The notes beneath the pieces are model-generated. The model was not told the DNA's origin, made no database searches, and saw only the letters and a list, made by a program, of their open reading frames with translations. The translations under genes were made by a program, and so were the position numbers. A DNA stretch of 64,000 bases from a virus (taxonomy: Duplodnaviria > Caudoviricetes): the IMG/VR virus record IMGVR_UViG_3300030376_007544, positions 32,001 through 96,000 of that record, one strand, 5' to 3'. Shown piece by piece: positions 9,120-18,279 of this stretch; the first letter of the stretch is position 1; each line of letters opens with the position of its first letter.

Positions 9120-9626
9120 ACCCAAATTTCGCCAGTTTCGCCTAAGCGCTGGAATCCTACGGTCAAGCTTTTTAGGATTTTTTGAAAAAAAAATTGAAAA
9201 AAATTTGAAAAAAAAATTGAAAACATTTAACATTCAACACACAAAGGAACCTTATACCTAGTAAAGAACTAAAACAATTACCAAACCAAACCACATATAC
9301 CCAGTGCCACAGTAGACCAACATCACTAACATGACACGTTGGAACTACGCAACAGTACCTAAACTGATACTAAATGATCACTACTCCAACTCAACTAAGT
9401 TAAAAAAACATTGAGGAACTGCACCCGAAGTAAGCAACTCGCTAGCTTTCTCCCAGAAAACTAGGGGATTACACTCATCAACCATGTACATAACTGCAAT
9501 CAAACGTTCCATTATATCCATGAACATACTGTATCGCAACCCTTTCCCCAAAAATCCTCCAATTCCTGCTACAATAGTTCAACAAATACTTGACACTTCA
9601 AACGGGACTATATAAGATAGATAAAC

Positions 9627-9785
9627 ATGAACGAAAACAACGACGACCACGCTACAGAAGCTTCGCCAGTTACTGCGCCTAGACTGTCACGCTATACTTG
9701 TCATAAGTGTGATGTATCACTAGAGGCACTAACAGAGTCTGATGTTTGGTGTGGAAAAGGACATCGCATGGAGAGGATAGGCTAA
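9627..9785 (+). CDS. small Zn-ribbon protein (52 aa)
   Basis: CHKC...CGKGH; TTGACA-17-TAAGAT promoter at 9590-9618. Confidence 0.6.
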   Translation: MNENNDDHATEASPVTAPRLSRYTCHKCDVSLEALTESDVWCGKGHRMERIG

Positions 9786-9786
9786 A

Positions 9787-9930
9787 GTGGCTAGAAGAAA
9801 CGCATCGTTTGGAGCAGGAACTATCAGCAAAACCCAGCGTAAACGCAAAGGGATACACGCAAAGAGTAAGCACTCCAAACTCAAAGGTTCCAAGAACTAT
9901 AAGAAAAAGTACAGAGGACAGGGAAGATAG
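9787..9930 (+). CDS. small, highly basic protein ending KKYRGQGR (47 aa)
   Basis: GTG start two bases after the previous stop; K/R-rich. Confidence 0.6.
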   Translation: MARRNASFGAGTISKTQRKRKGIHAKSKHSKLKGSKNYKKKYRGQGR

Positions 9931-9937
9931 TTAGGCC

Positions 9938-10035
9938 CGAACAAACGTTCGCCAATGTTAAGCACGCCTAACATTTGATGTTAGCTTAACCTAACACATC
10001 GAACAAACGTTCGCCACATACCGAACAAATGTTCG
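9938..10035. promoter_or_regulatory. three LexA (SOS)-type boxes with a DtxR-like pair between them
   Basis: CGAAC-N4-GTTCG at 9938, 10000, 10022; GTTAR-N6-YTAAC at 9957 and 9980. Confidence 0.75.
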
Positions 10036-10174
10036 CCCATGTTCGTCACATTTTTGCTCGTTTTGCGAAGCCACCCGAATCCTACGGTCAACCTACGGTC
10101 AGCATAAAACAGAAAAACCCCACACCCGAAAGAAAAAGAAAAGGTGTGGGGTTAGACTGGAAAGAAAGGTACTT

Positions 10175-10438
10175 TTAAGGTAGCACCAACCTCTGTCCTA
10201 TTTGAAGATATGAACCTCCATTGAGTTCGCTTGCTTGATAGACTGCGTGTCCAGTATGACCTTCGCAGTGTTCATTTATTATGTCCCAGAGAGTGTCGCC
10301 ACTTTCAACTGTCACTTCACCGGATTGGCACTTGTAGTCAATTGCGTCATTTGCGCCCTTGACTATCCCTATTCCCAGTCCAGCAGTGATAGCAATTGCG
10401 CCTATCCCTCCAAGAGCTTTTTTAGTTAATGTGTTCAT
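10175..10438 (-). CDS. membrane-anchored LysM-domain protein, leaderless
   Basis: N-terminal TM helix; VESGDTLWDI...LQIGQRLVLP; ATG 7 nt after TAAGGT. Confidence 0.85.
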   Translation of the reverse strand: MNTLTKKALGGIGAIAITAGLGIGIVKGANDAIDYKCQSGEVTVESGDTLWDIINEHCEGHTGHAVYQASELNGGSYLQIGQRLVLP

Positions 10439-10554
10439 AGGTATAACCTTAACACACTCCATGTCACATTGCAACACTTCTCAACAAAAAATAAAAAAAT
10501 AATTTCTTAGGTAAAAGGTTGCGTTCATGTTGCAACTCTGCTAACATGGTATTC

Positions 10555-10701
10555 ATGAGTTACAGATACGACATAAAACACGACTGGTACACTGATAAGT
10601 GGAACGTCGTTGATACTCGTAACAGAGACTGCACAGTCTCCACACATAGTTCTAGGGAAGAAGCACTAGCCGAAGCGCTAAAAAAGGATAGTTCTTCTTA
10701 A
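10555..10701 (+). CDS. small hypothetical protein, leaderless
   Basis: TTGCGT-17-TAACAT, ATG 7 nt downstream. Confidence 0.65.
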   Translation: MSYRYDIKHDWYTDKWNVVDTRNRDCTVSTHSSREEALAEALKKDSSS

Positions 10702-11286
10702 CTAAGGGGGATGCTGAGGCTACCCCCCTAAATCTTAGCCCCACTTCTGGTTTCACTCATTTCCCAGAGGTGGGGCTTTCTTCGTGTACCCCCAACATTC
10801 ACCCAAAGCTCAACACGAACATATGTTCGCATCGAGGTCAGGTCAGGCCGAGCAGGTCGAGAGGCCGATGTGTCCCGATTACATCGGGGCTTTATCAGAC
10901 CTAAGCTTAGCTCGAAGCTTAGCTTGACCAGCTCGAAGCTTAGCTGGATGCAGGAAAAGTTTGCCAAAAGGTTGCATTTTGAATCGTTTTGCGCTAAACT
11001 TCAGCAAACCCTACGGTCAGCCTACGGTCAAACCTGGGAAAAATCAACAAAAGCCAACGAAAAGTTGCAATTTTGTCCAGCTTTGCAGCAGCTTAGCAGC
11101 AGCTTAACCAGCTTAGCAGCAGCTCGGATGCAGCGATTCGAGGTCAACCTCGTGAAGTCCCGACTATATCGGGACGATATGACCTCACTTATTGGCCATC
11201 TCGCACTTGCATCCATATAAGCTCGCATACCAGGAAGAAACCCCAGACTAGGGAAATGAGTAAAACCTAGTCTGGGGTTATGAACT

Positions 11287-11379
11287 TTAGTGTCCTAAAA
11301 CATTTAGGACTGCTAAAGTTAGAAATAGGATTCCGAACATCCAATACATCGGAACCATTTCTTTTGAATACCAACTCAT
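11287..11379 (-). CDS. 30-aa membrane peptide
   Basis: MSWYSKEMVPMYWMFGILFLTLAVLNVLGH; GGGAG RBS; own promoter and terminator. Confidence 0.65.
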   Translation of the reverse strand: MSWYSKEMVPMYWMFGILFLTLAVLNVLGH

Positions 11380-11459
11380 CTTTATCTCCCTTCGTTGATA
11401 CTTCATCTTATCAAACTCACAACTAATTGCAACCTTTAATTAAAATTATTTATTATTTA

Positions 11460-11732
11460 TTACCACTCACGCCAACTTCTGCCCCAACGTGGAGATGTTG
11501 ATCGTAAGTAGGTTGCGAGTTCAGGGTACTTCTCTTCTATAGCGCTAGGCAAGTAAACGTGCACTAGCAGATCAAGCGTCCTAACGAACCTACAGGGAGA
11601 ACCAAACCAAAACCTACTTCGTGGTTTCATTTCGTTCTTGATGTAGGCACGAACCCTATTGTGATCTATGTCCCAATAATCAACGCCAACTTTATCTGCG
11701 AAGATTCGTAGTCCTATGTAGTAGTTGTTCAT
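11460..11732 (-). CDS. hypothetical protein, paralogue of 27108-27389, leaderless
   Basis: Shared DYWDIDH, SRFWFGSPC, LRSTSPRWGR. Confidence 0.8.
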   Translation of the reverse strand: MNNYYIGLRIFADKVGVDYWDIDHNRVRAYIKNEMKPRSRFWFGSPCRFVRTLDLLVHVYLPSAIEEKYPELATYLRSTSPRWGRSWREW

Positions 11733-12374
11733 ATGTATGAGTATAGGTTGTCTACAACTATATTGCAAGTTTTATCTAAGAAATTGTTTGATATTATTAG
11801 CTCCACCTAACATGCCCGAATGTTAGGCTTGCTTAACATTGAGTGTAAGTTTAACATAACACAGGTCAGGTCAGGTCAGGTCGAGCAGCAACAGGCCAAA
11901 TCGAGGTCAAGATGTCCCGAATATATCGGGACTAATCGAGAGCTTAGCAGCTTAGCAGCAGCTCGAAGCTTAGCTCGATCCCAGCTCAGCCGAAGCTGGA
12001 AAACCCTACGGTCAGCCTTTTTTTGCTAAAATGTTGCAAAACGAAAGGCTTTGTGATATAATGGAATCAACTTTTGCCCATCCTAGCACAAACTTTGGCG
12101 AAGACCATCCCAAATCCAGCTCGACGCAGCAACTTTGATCGACTCGACTCAGTGAGTCCCGACTATAACGGGGGTCTACTAGGTCGATTTGACCAGCTTT
12201 GGCCCTTATCGCCACATCCCGTATACCAGGAAGAGATCCCAAATTAGATAAGGAAATAAAACTAATTTGGGATCAACTCCGTAAATTTATTGTGTCACTC
12301 ACTTCTTGAGTGTGAGGGATTTATGTTGCCACGATCCCTACTCGCCGAATCTGATTCAGATGGTTTAGTTACGC

Positions 12375-12565
12375 TTAAGCCTGAACTGTGTCGAGCCATG
12401 CCTGCGCTTCCTCGTGCGTCTTAAACCCCATTAGGATTTTTGACGCTTCTGGATAAAGCGCGTGGAAGGCTGATGGTTCATTGCTCTCAGGTCCCCATAG
12501 CCGAAGCCATCGAGCACTGTAGCGAACTACGCCTGTCTCTATATGATCACCCCATTTCCACTCAT
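12375..12565 (-). pseudogene. small gene with an apparent frameshift at its start
   Basis: The leaderless ATG at 12565 is out of frame with the ~62-codon ORF that ends at 12375. Confidence 0.35.
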
Positions 12566-12641
12566 GTATCCAGGTTATCACGAAATTTCGCAAAACCACC
12601 CGGTTTTTTAAAAAAATTTAAATTTGCCACATTATGGGAAA

Positions 12642-12787
12642 TGAGAATGATTCTCAAAAGTTTGTGAAATGTTTCACTAAGTGACCGAACATTTGTTCCC
12701 CCGAACACTTGTTCCCCCCGAACATATGTTCCCCGAACACTTGTTCGTGTTAAGCATGCCTAACATTGAGTGTTAGCTTAACATAAC
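12642..12787. promoter_or_regulatory. stacked operators: Fur-like, Rex-like, 4x LexA-like, 2x DtxR-like
   Basis: TGAGAATGATTCTCA 12642; TTGTGAAATGTTTCACTA 12662; CGAAC-N4-GTTC at 12686, 12702, 12719, 12734; GTTAR-N6-HTAAC at 12749, 12772. Confidence 0.75.
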
Positions 12788-13354
12788 AAAATAAAAAAAA
12801 TAAAAAAATTTCAAGAAAAGGTTGTTTTTTTTGAAAGGCTGCACAAAAAATCGACAGGTCAAAATCGACCTCAGCGTGTCCCGAATATATCGGGGGTCTA
12901 CCAGGTCGCTGGAAACGCTACGGTCAAGCTACGGCCAAGCTTTCGAGCTGAAAAGGTTGCGAAAGCAAAAAACTTCTGCTAAAATGAAAAGAAATCTTCA
13001 AAAGTTTAGCGAAAGCCTGGGGAAAAACAACCAAAAGCGGCAAAAAGTTGAAAAAAAGCAGCTTCGCAGCGCAGCTTCGGGTCATCCAGCAGCCACATCC
13101 CGCATAAGTCCCGACTATATCGGGGGCCTCTAAGGTCCACGTATCCTGGATCGGATCATCCTTTTCACGAGCTTCACTCAGTGTGTTCATGTGACTACTT
13201 TTTAGTCTGGATCCCGATTTCACTCAGCGTGTTCATATGACTACTTTTTATTCTGGATCCAGAATCGTATTCATGGGATTTCCCACAATGTGGTTAATTT
13301 TGAAACTTTGGTAAAAAAGTTTCGAATGTCACAGGCATTAGATAGATTGAATAC

Positions 13355-13657
13355 ATGGAAAAGAAACAAGGGAAGGAAGGTGAAAAAATGAGAACTCTTG
13401 AGAACGGAGCAACCGCTCTTGTGTGGAGTGTGCAACACAATGCTGAAGGCAGTGGGTATCGCAACTACACAGGCGTTGTTCTGGCTCATGCGCCCCATCT
13501 GATGGATCCATATGCAACATGGACTGTCGCTTCAGATGATGGGATCACGTTCTGGTGTAATGCAGGGCATTACTACTCCAGTCGTGAAGATGCACATCAA
13601 GACTTCGTAGTGCGTGCCACTAACGAAACAGACTTGATGTCTCACGCAGTAGCCTAA
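13355..13657 (+). CDS. hypothetical phage protein
   Basis: Own promoter; PYATW...GHY motif; alternative start at 13388. Confidence 0.7.
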   Translation: MEKKQGKEGEKMRTLENGATALVWSVQHNAEGSGYRNYTGVVLAHAPHLMDPYATWTVASDDGITFWCNAGHYYSSREDAHQDFVVRATNETDLMSHAVA

Positions 13658-13773
13658 AGCGAGTCAGACTCGGAGCCTGATGGGGGCTTGGCAACAGAAC
13701 CCCATCACCCCAACAACTTGATAAGGAAGGAAAAAGATCCCCCACTCCCTAAGGTGGGGGATTTTTATTTACC

Positions 13774-13875
13774 CCAGATCCAGATCCAGATCCAGATCCA
13801 GATCCGAGCCTGATCCTGATCCGAGTCAGATCCAGATCCAGATCCAGATTGGAGTCAGATCCAGATCCAGATCCA
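13774..13875. repeat. (CCAGAT)n microsatellite containing 13 GATC
   Basis: Read directly from sequence. Confidence 0.9.
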
Positions 13876-14165
13876 TCCCCGAAACTCTTTCAAACTGGGC
13901 AACTTTGGAAATCGCTACGGTCAAGCTCCGGTCAAACTTTTTGCATCCTTCTGATCCGCCCTCGATCCAACCCTGCAACCTGGAATACCCCCGATTATAT
14001 CGGGACTTTCTGAGAAGTCGAGGGTCTAAAGCTGCATCCGAGCTGCATCCGAGCTGGAGCTTAGCTACTGCGTGAGTCCCGTTATATTCGGGACTATACG
14101 ATAGGTTTTGACCTGACCTGACCTGCTGCTCGACCTGACCTGACCTGATGACCATCCCCCGAACT

Positions 14166-14324
14166 AAGTTACTCAGTGGTAACTTGTGTTAGGCACGCTT
14201 AACACTAAATGTTAGGTGAACTTAACATATGTTAGGTATGCTTAACATTCAATGTTAGGCACGCTTAACATACTCCCCGAATAATGTTAGCTTCACCTAA
14301 CACTCAATGTTAGGGCTACTTAAC
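14166..14324. repeat. one GTTAC-N6-GTAAC plus six GTTAG-N6-YTAAC boxes in three 23-bp pairs
   Basis: 14188/14211, 14231/14254, 14286/14309. Confidence 0.85.
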
Positions 14325-14392
14325 GAAATAAATAATCTAAAGAATTCATCAAAAACACCCGGAGTGTCACACATAGATGATAGATTGAACTT

Positions 14393-14704
14393 ATGAGTAG
14401 TTTGGAGGTGAAAGAAAATATGAGTCATGTACTTCTGATTGAAGGCGCTGATGGCGATTTAGTTGATGCACATACAGTGTGTAGCGACAGTTGTCACCGG
14501 AGCCTAGCAGTAGAGTTAGACGTGCCCTATGGAGGGTGGTTCGGTTGTATCGAACTGGAGTTTAACGACTACTGTCAGTCTTGTGGGACGCTGATTCATG
14601 GGGTTGAAGGACCCCATGAGTTCCATAACACTGTATGTGAAGATACCACTTGTGAACTTTGTTCTGATGAACGTAAGTTGCAACTGGAACTCGCTACAGT
14701 TTAA
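14393..14704 (+). CDS. Cys/His-rich putative metal-binding protein
   Basis: CSDSC, CQSC, CxxxxCxxC; alternative start at 14420 after GGAGG. Confidence 0.7.
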   Translation: MSSLEVKENMSHVLLIEGADGDLVDAHTVCSDSCHRSLAVELDVPYGGWFGCIELEFNDYCQSCGTLIHGVEGPHEFHNTVCEDTTCELCSDERKLQLELATV

Positions 14705-15514
14705 GGCTTCAATCCAATCCTGAATAAGATTCGGACTCACACCCCTAGAGTTGGCACCAGAATAGGGGCAACACAAACAACAACACATTCAACGAAACAT
14801 TGAAATACAACTAAACAACTCATGGATATTCCCCGATTTACTTAGGTGAGTCGGGGAACTTTCCTGGAATCCGAGAAAGCTCGGAATTGCTACGGTCAAG
14901 TTATTCTGGTCAAACTGCAGCCAATCATCCGAACTCAAGCAGCCAATCGATTCGAACTCAAAAAGCCCCGTATATATCGGGACTAAATAAGAAGCTGAAT
15001 GAAATCGTGAGCTTAGCTGCTGCTGCGAGCTGAGCTTAGCCGCTAAAAAGTGACGAAAAGTGACGAAAGTGACGAAAAGTTCGAAACTTTTTTACCATCC
15101 TATCAAAAGTTTTTGAAAATTGCAACTTTTTGCCGAAAAACCAGGGAGCTTAGCCGCTGAATCAGCCGCTACACGCTGCAAATCGAAGTCGATTCAGCAG
15201 GTAAGTCCCGTAATAATCGGGACATATTAAGGTTGGCCTGACCTGACCTGCCATCCCAGCAGCCATCCAAGTGTTAGGTATGCTTAACACGAAATGTTAG
15301 GTACGCTTAACATTAGAACCGAACAAGTGTTCGTTTATGTCATTTATGTTACAGAAAAAGAAATTTAAGAAAATCTTGCGTAAAACTTGCAATTGTCACA
15401 CCCACCACCTAAGATGGTGTTTACATAGATGAGGCACCTGCCAAGTAGGTGAAGAGTCTGGGTAAGAGTCCCAGAAGGTGCCACATTGTAAACACCTATA
15501 GGAAAGAAAAACAT

Positions 15515-15760
15515 ATGCTTACACGTATGCATTTCGACACTGTAGCGAATAGCTTAAGGCTTAGGCTTGAAGCACTTATTGACAACCTCAATAGAGCGCC
15601 TCAAATCCACATGGAAGCCGTTAAGGTATGGCACGCAATCGCTTGCGATATGCGCACCATGTTCGCTGGAAGTAACCCTAGATTTGATGAAGAAAAGTTT
15701 AACGACGCTTCTGGAATCACTTCAGTGGAATACTTTCTCCCCAGTGTCAAAACCGACTAA
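15515..15760 (+). CDS. hypothetical phage protein
   Basis: LTRxHF...NPRFDxxKF motif; promoter and structured leader upstream. Confidence 0.7.
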   Translation: MLTRMHFDTVANSLRLRLEALIDNLNRAPQIHMEAVKVWHAIACDMRTMFAGSNPRFDEEKFNDASGITSVEYFLPSVKTD

Positions 15761-16067
15761 GAGTCGGAGTCCGGCGGAACTCGGCAACAGAATCCGCCCA
15801 AATAAATAGCCAACCTAAACAAATACTCCGCTGAAAGGGCGGGGTATTTGCCTGGAATCGAGAAAGTTCGAAAACCCTACGGTCAAGCTACGGTCAAGCT
15901 TTTGAGCTGGTCGGCAGGTCAAAACTCAAGTCGATCCCAATCAGTCCCGAATATAACTGGACTATCTAACCGTTCTTTTGTTTAATTCGAGCTTAAGGAC
16001 CACCCAGGCAAAGGTTCCCGACTTGTCTGACGGGAACCTTTTTTAATCCGGTATTTAGTTTGGAACC

Positions 16068-16160
16068 TTATCGCTTTTTGGGCGGTATACAACTTTTCAG
16101 TATGTAAAACCACACCATAGCAAATCCTACTGGACCTACTAGAGCAAATACAATTTCCAT
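16068..16160 (-). CDS. 30-aa membrane peptide
   Basis: MEIVFALVGPVGFAMVWFYILKSCIPPKKR; own promoter and terminator. Confidence 0.6.
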   Translation of the reverse strand: MEIVFALVGPVGFAMVWFYILKSCIPPKKR

Positions 16161-16302
16161 GTATTTCTTTCTGAGTGATTAAGTACTTCTTAACCTCTCA
16201 CCTTCAATACTAGGTGCAAATATCATAAATTGCAACCTTAAAACAAAAAAAATAAAAAATAACCCCTGATCCGAAGATCAAGGGCTACTTTTGTTATTAG
16301 TT

Positions 16303-16566
16303 TTAGCCTATTCCTGCGAACTTATTAAATTCAGCCTCTTCAGCGATTGTTAGTTCTCTAGGTTGTTGGTTGTGGATTTCTAACCCCCACATTGTTCGGT
16401 GCATATGCTCAATCTCTTTAGCCTGTCTGTAGTCTTTACAAAACAGTTGTAGTATTTGACAATCAGTTTGATCGCCAGTTGGAGATTGAAACCATAAGTG
16501 TAGAGCATTATCTCTTACTTCGGTTCCGCATAAAGCTCCCTTTGTTGTTATTGTTGGTTCTATCAT
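16303..16566 (-). CDS. hypothetical protein
   Basis: Promoter, RBS and terminator bracket the ORF. Confidence 0.7.
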   Translation of the reverse strand: MIEPTITTKGALCGTEVRDNALHLWFQSPTGDQTDCQILQLFCKDYRQAKEIEHMHRTMWGLEIHNQQPRELTIAEEAEFNKFAGIG

Positions 16567-16706
16567 GTATTCCCATCTAATCCGTTAGTACTTCTAACTT
16601 CATAACTTAATCGTATCATGACCCGAAACAGATTGCAACCCCAATAGCAAAAAATTATCTAAAATAATTCTTGCTTTTGTCACACACCTATGTTAAGGTA
16701 ATAAAC

Positions 16707-16859
16707 ATGATAAACAAACTAAAAGACAACGGACATAAGTGGAAGGCACTTGATGGAGATGTTCGGTGTGTTGTGTGTGATGCACGGCCATCGGGAGCAT
16801 CTGCCAAAAAGTTGTGCATACGCTTTGATCTGGAGAGAATGCAAGGCTCTAAAATATGA
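16707..16859 (+). CDS. small Cys/His protein, leaderless
   Basis: TTGCTT-17-TAAGGT then ATG; H...CxxC...C. Confidence 0.6.
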   Translation: MINKLKDNGHKWKALDGDVRCVVCDARPSGASAKKLCIRFDLERMQGSKI

Positions 16860-16957
16860 TTACAATTCTAGTCACATTTGGAGTTGGAGTGATAGTTGGA
16901 ATACTTATCGCAACTTACTTAGAGCATGGGGCAATACTTTTGCCCGATGACGAGTAG
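16856..16957 (+). CDS. 33-aa membrane peptide
   Basis: ATGA overlap with the upstream stop; MITILVTFGVGVIVGILIATYL... Confidence 0.6.
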   Translation: MITILVTFGVGVIVGILIATYLEHGAILLPDDE

Positions 16958-16989
16958 CAAACTCTACGGTCAGACTATTTCGCAAAAAG

Positions 16990-17207
16990 ATTGAGTGTCC
17001 TGACGGGTACATAAGGACCAACGGCAGTTGGCGGTATTGTTGGGGTGTGGTAGGAATACTGCACTAAAGCGACACACTCTAGGGAATCGAGCCTACTTTC
17101 GGGGACAGATAGCAATATGTCCAGTCCGATAGGGCTAGCCGTACCAAGCGGTTGAGTACTCCTTAATCCCTAACCCCACCTTCGTGCTGAGGGTGGGGTA
17201 TTCTTTT
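16990..17207 (+). ncRNA. candidate structured RNA
   Basis: No ORF, GC-richer, several stems, ends in an intrinsic terminator. Confidence 0.35.
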
Positions 17208-17229
17208 ACCCCACCCCCTACGGTCAGCA

Positions 17230-17481
17230 CTACCGTCGGTTGTAGCGCCTTCGGTTAAACGCCCGACATGTACGGCAGTTAGTCGCCAACTTCTCTTCGC
17301 CCTGATAGACGTAAGTGAATTGCTCCACTTTCAACCATTGACGACAAGTGCGACATATGTACATCTCGCCCTTCGCAGCTCGTTTAATGGCTTCAAGATC
17401 AGTGTGGTCGTGGTTGTCTTCCATGACACTGGCACGATCCATTCTTGCCTTTAACTTAGTCGCTTGAAAACGATCTTTCAT
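17230..17481 (-). CDS. Zn-finger protein
   Basis: Two CRTC motifs; GGAGGTG RBS. Confidence 0.7.
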   Translation of the reverse strand: MKDRFQATKLKARMDRASVMEDNHDHTDLEAIKRAAKGEMYICRTCRQWLKVEQFTYVYQGEEKLATNCRTCRAFNRRRYNRR

Positions 17482-17678
17482 AATTCACCTCCTTAGGTAA
17501 TTTGTCTTACACTACATATAGGCACCAAAGTCGTAAAAAGCGGACATAAAAATAAAAATAATTTATTTTGCTTAAAGGGTTGCATTCGGGCCACAAAGAT
17601 GCTACGCTGGTAATTACCAAGTTGGAAGTACCAATTTGGCTCAAGTCGGAAGTACTGACTTGATTAAGGAGATATTCG

Positions 17679-17822
17679 ATGCAAAGAGAATTGAACTGCA
17701 AATGTGTTAGATGTGACAAATTGTACACAACTAGCAAACTAGCAGGAATAGATCGCAAAGGTTTCTGCATTAACTGTTGGCAACACCAACGAAATATATG
17801 GAGACTCGTAAGATCAACATAA
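17679..17822 (+). CDS. 47-aa Zn-finger protein
   Basis: CVRC...CINC; AAGGAG RBS. Confidence 0.65.
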   Translation: MQRELNCKCVRCDKLYTTSKLAGIDRKGFCINCWQHQRNIWRLVRST

Positions 17823-18084
17823 ACATAAACTAAAACATAAAGTTTCGTGAAGAAGTTTTCTCATTTTCCTTCTTCATGAAACATTCCCAAAAAGACCCAC
17901 ACTTTTTCATTTTCTTTCGAGTGTGGGTCTTTTTCTGTCCAGCTACATAATACAAAATCAAAAAAATACTAAGAGTTGTATTTATATCGGGACTTTCTTA
18001 CTTACCCTTCCTTCTATTACACCTCTATGGTGTCCCTATGGTGTCCCTACCCAGGCAGAAGGGGAGCCGAAGCCCCCCTCCAAA

Positions 18085-18279
18085 TTAAGACGCTTTTTTA
18101 GCGTTGAGTTTTTTGAAGTAAGGAGTGACATCATCAACCACTTTTTCACCGTAGTGAATTTCAGTGGCGATTACCATGTCTCCACAGTCCCTTATTTCTT
18201 GGGCTTTTTCTTCGAGCTCATATTCACATACGATTTCCGAAGTGCCTTCGTTATAAGCAATTAATAAGAATTCTCTCAT
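18085..18279 (-). CDS. hypothetical protein
   Basis: RBS, promoter and terminator bracket the ORF. Confidence 0.6.
   Translation of the reverse strand: MREFLLIAYNEGTSEIVCEYELEEKAQEIRDCGDMVIATEIHYGEKVVDDVTPYFKKLNAKKAS

Noticed and set aside
13163-13190. PhoP (PHO) box from TTCAC/GTTCA repeats
   Set aside because: Repeat spacing is 9 and 13 bp, not 11 bp
10728-14155. Track ORFs crossing repeat spacers (e.g. 10870-11220, 11820-12029, 12822-13133, 13826-14155)
   Set aside because: Low-complexity translations of DNA repeats with no RBS or promoter logic
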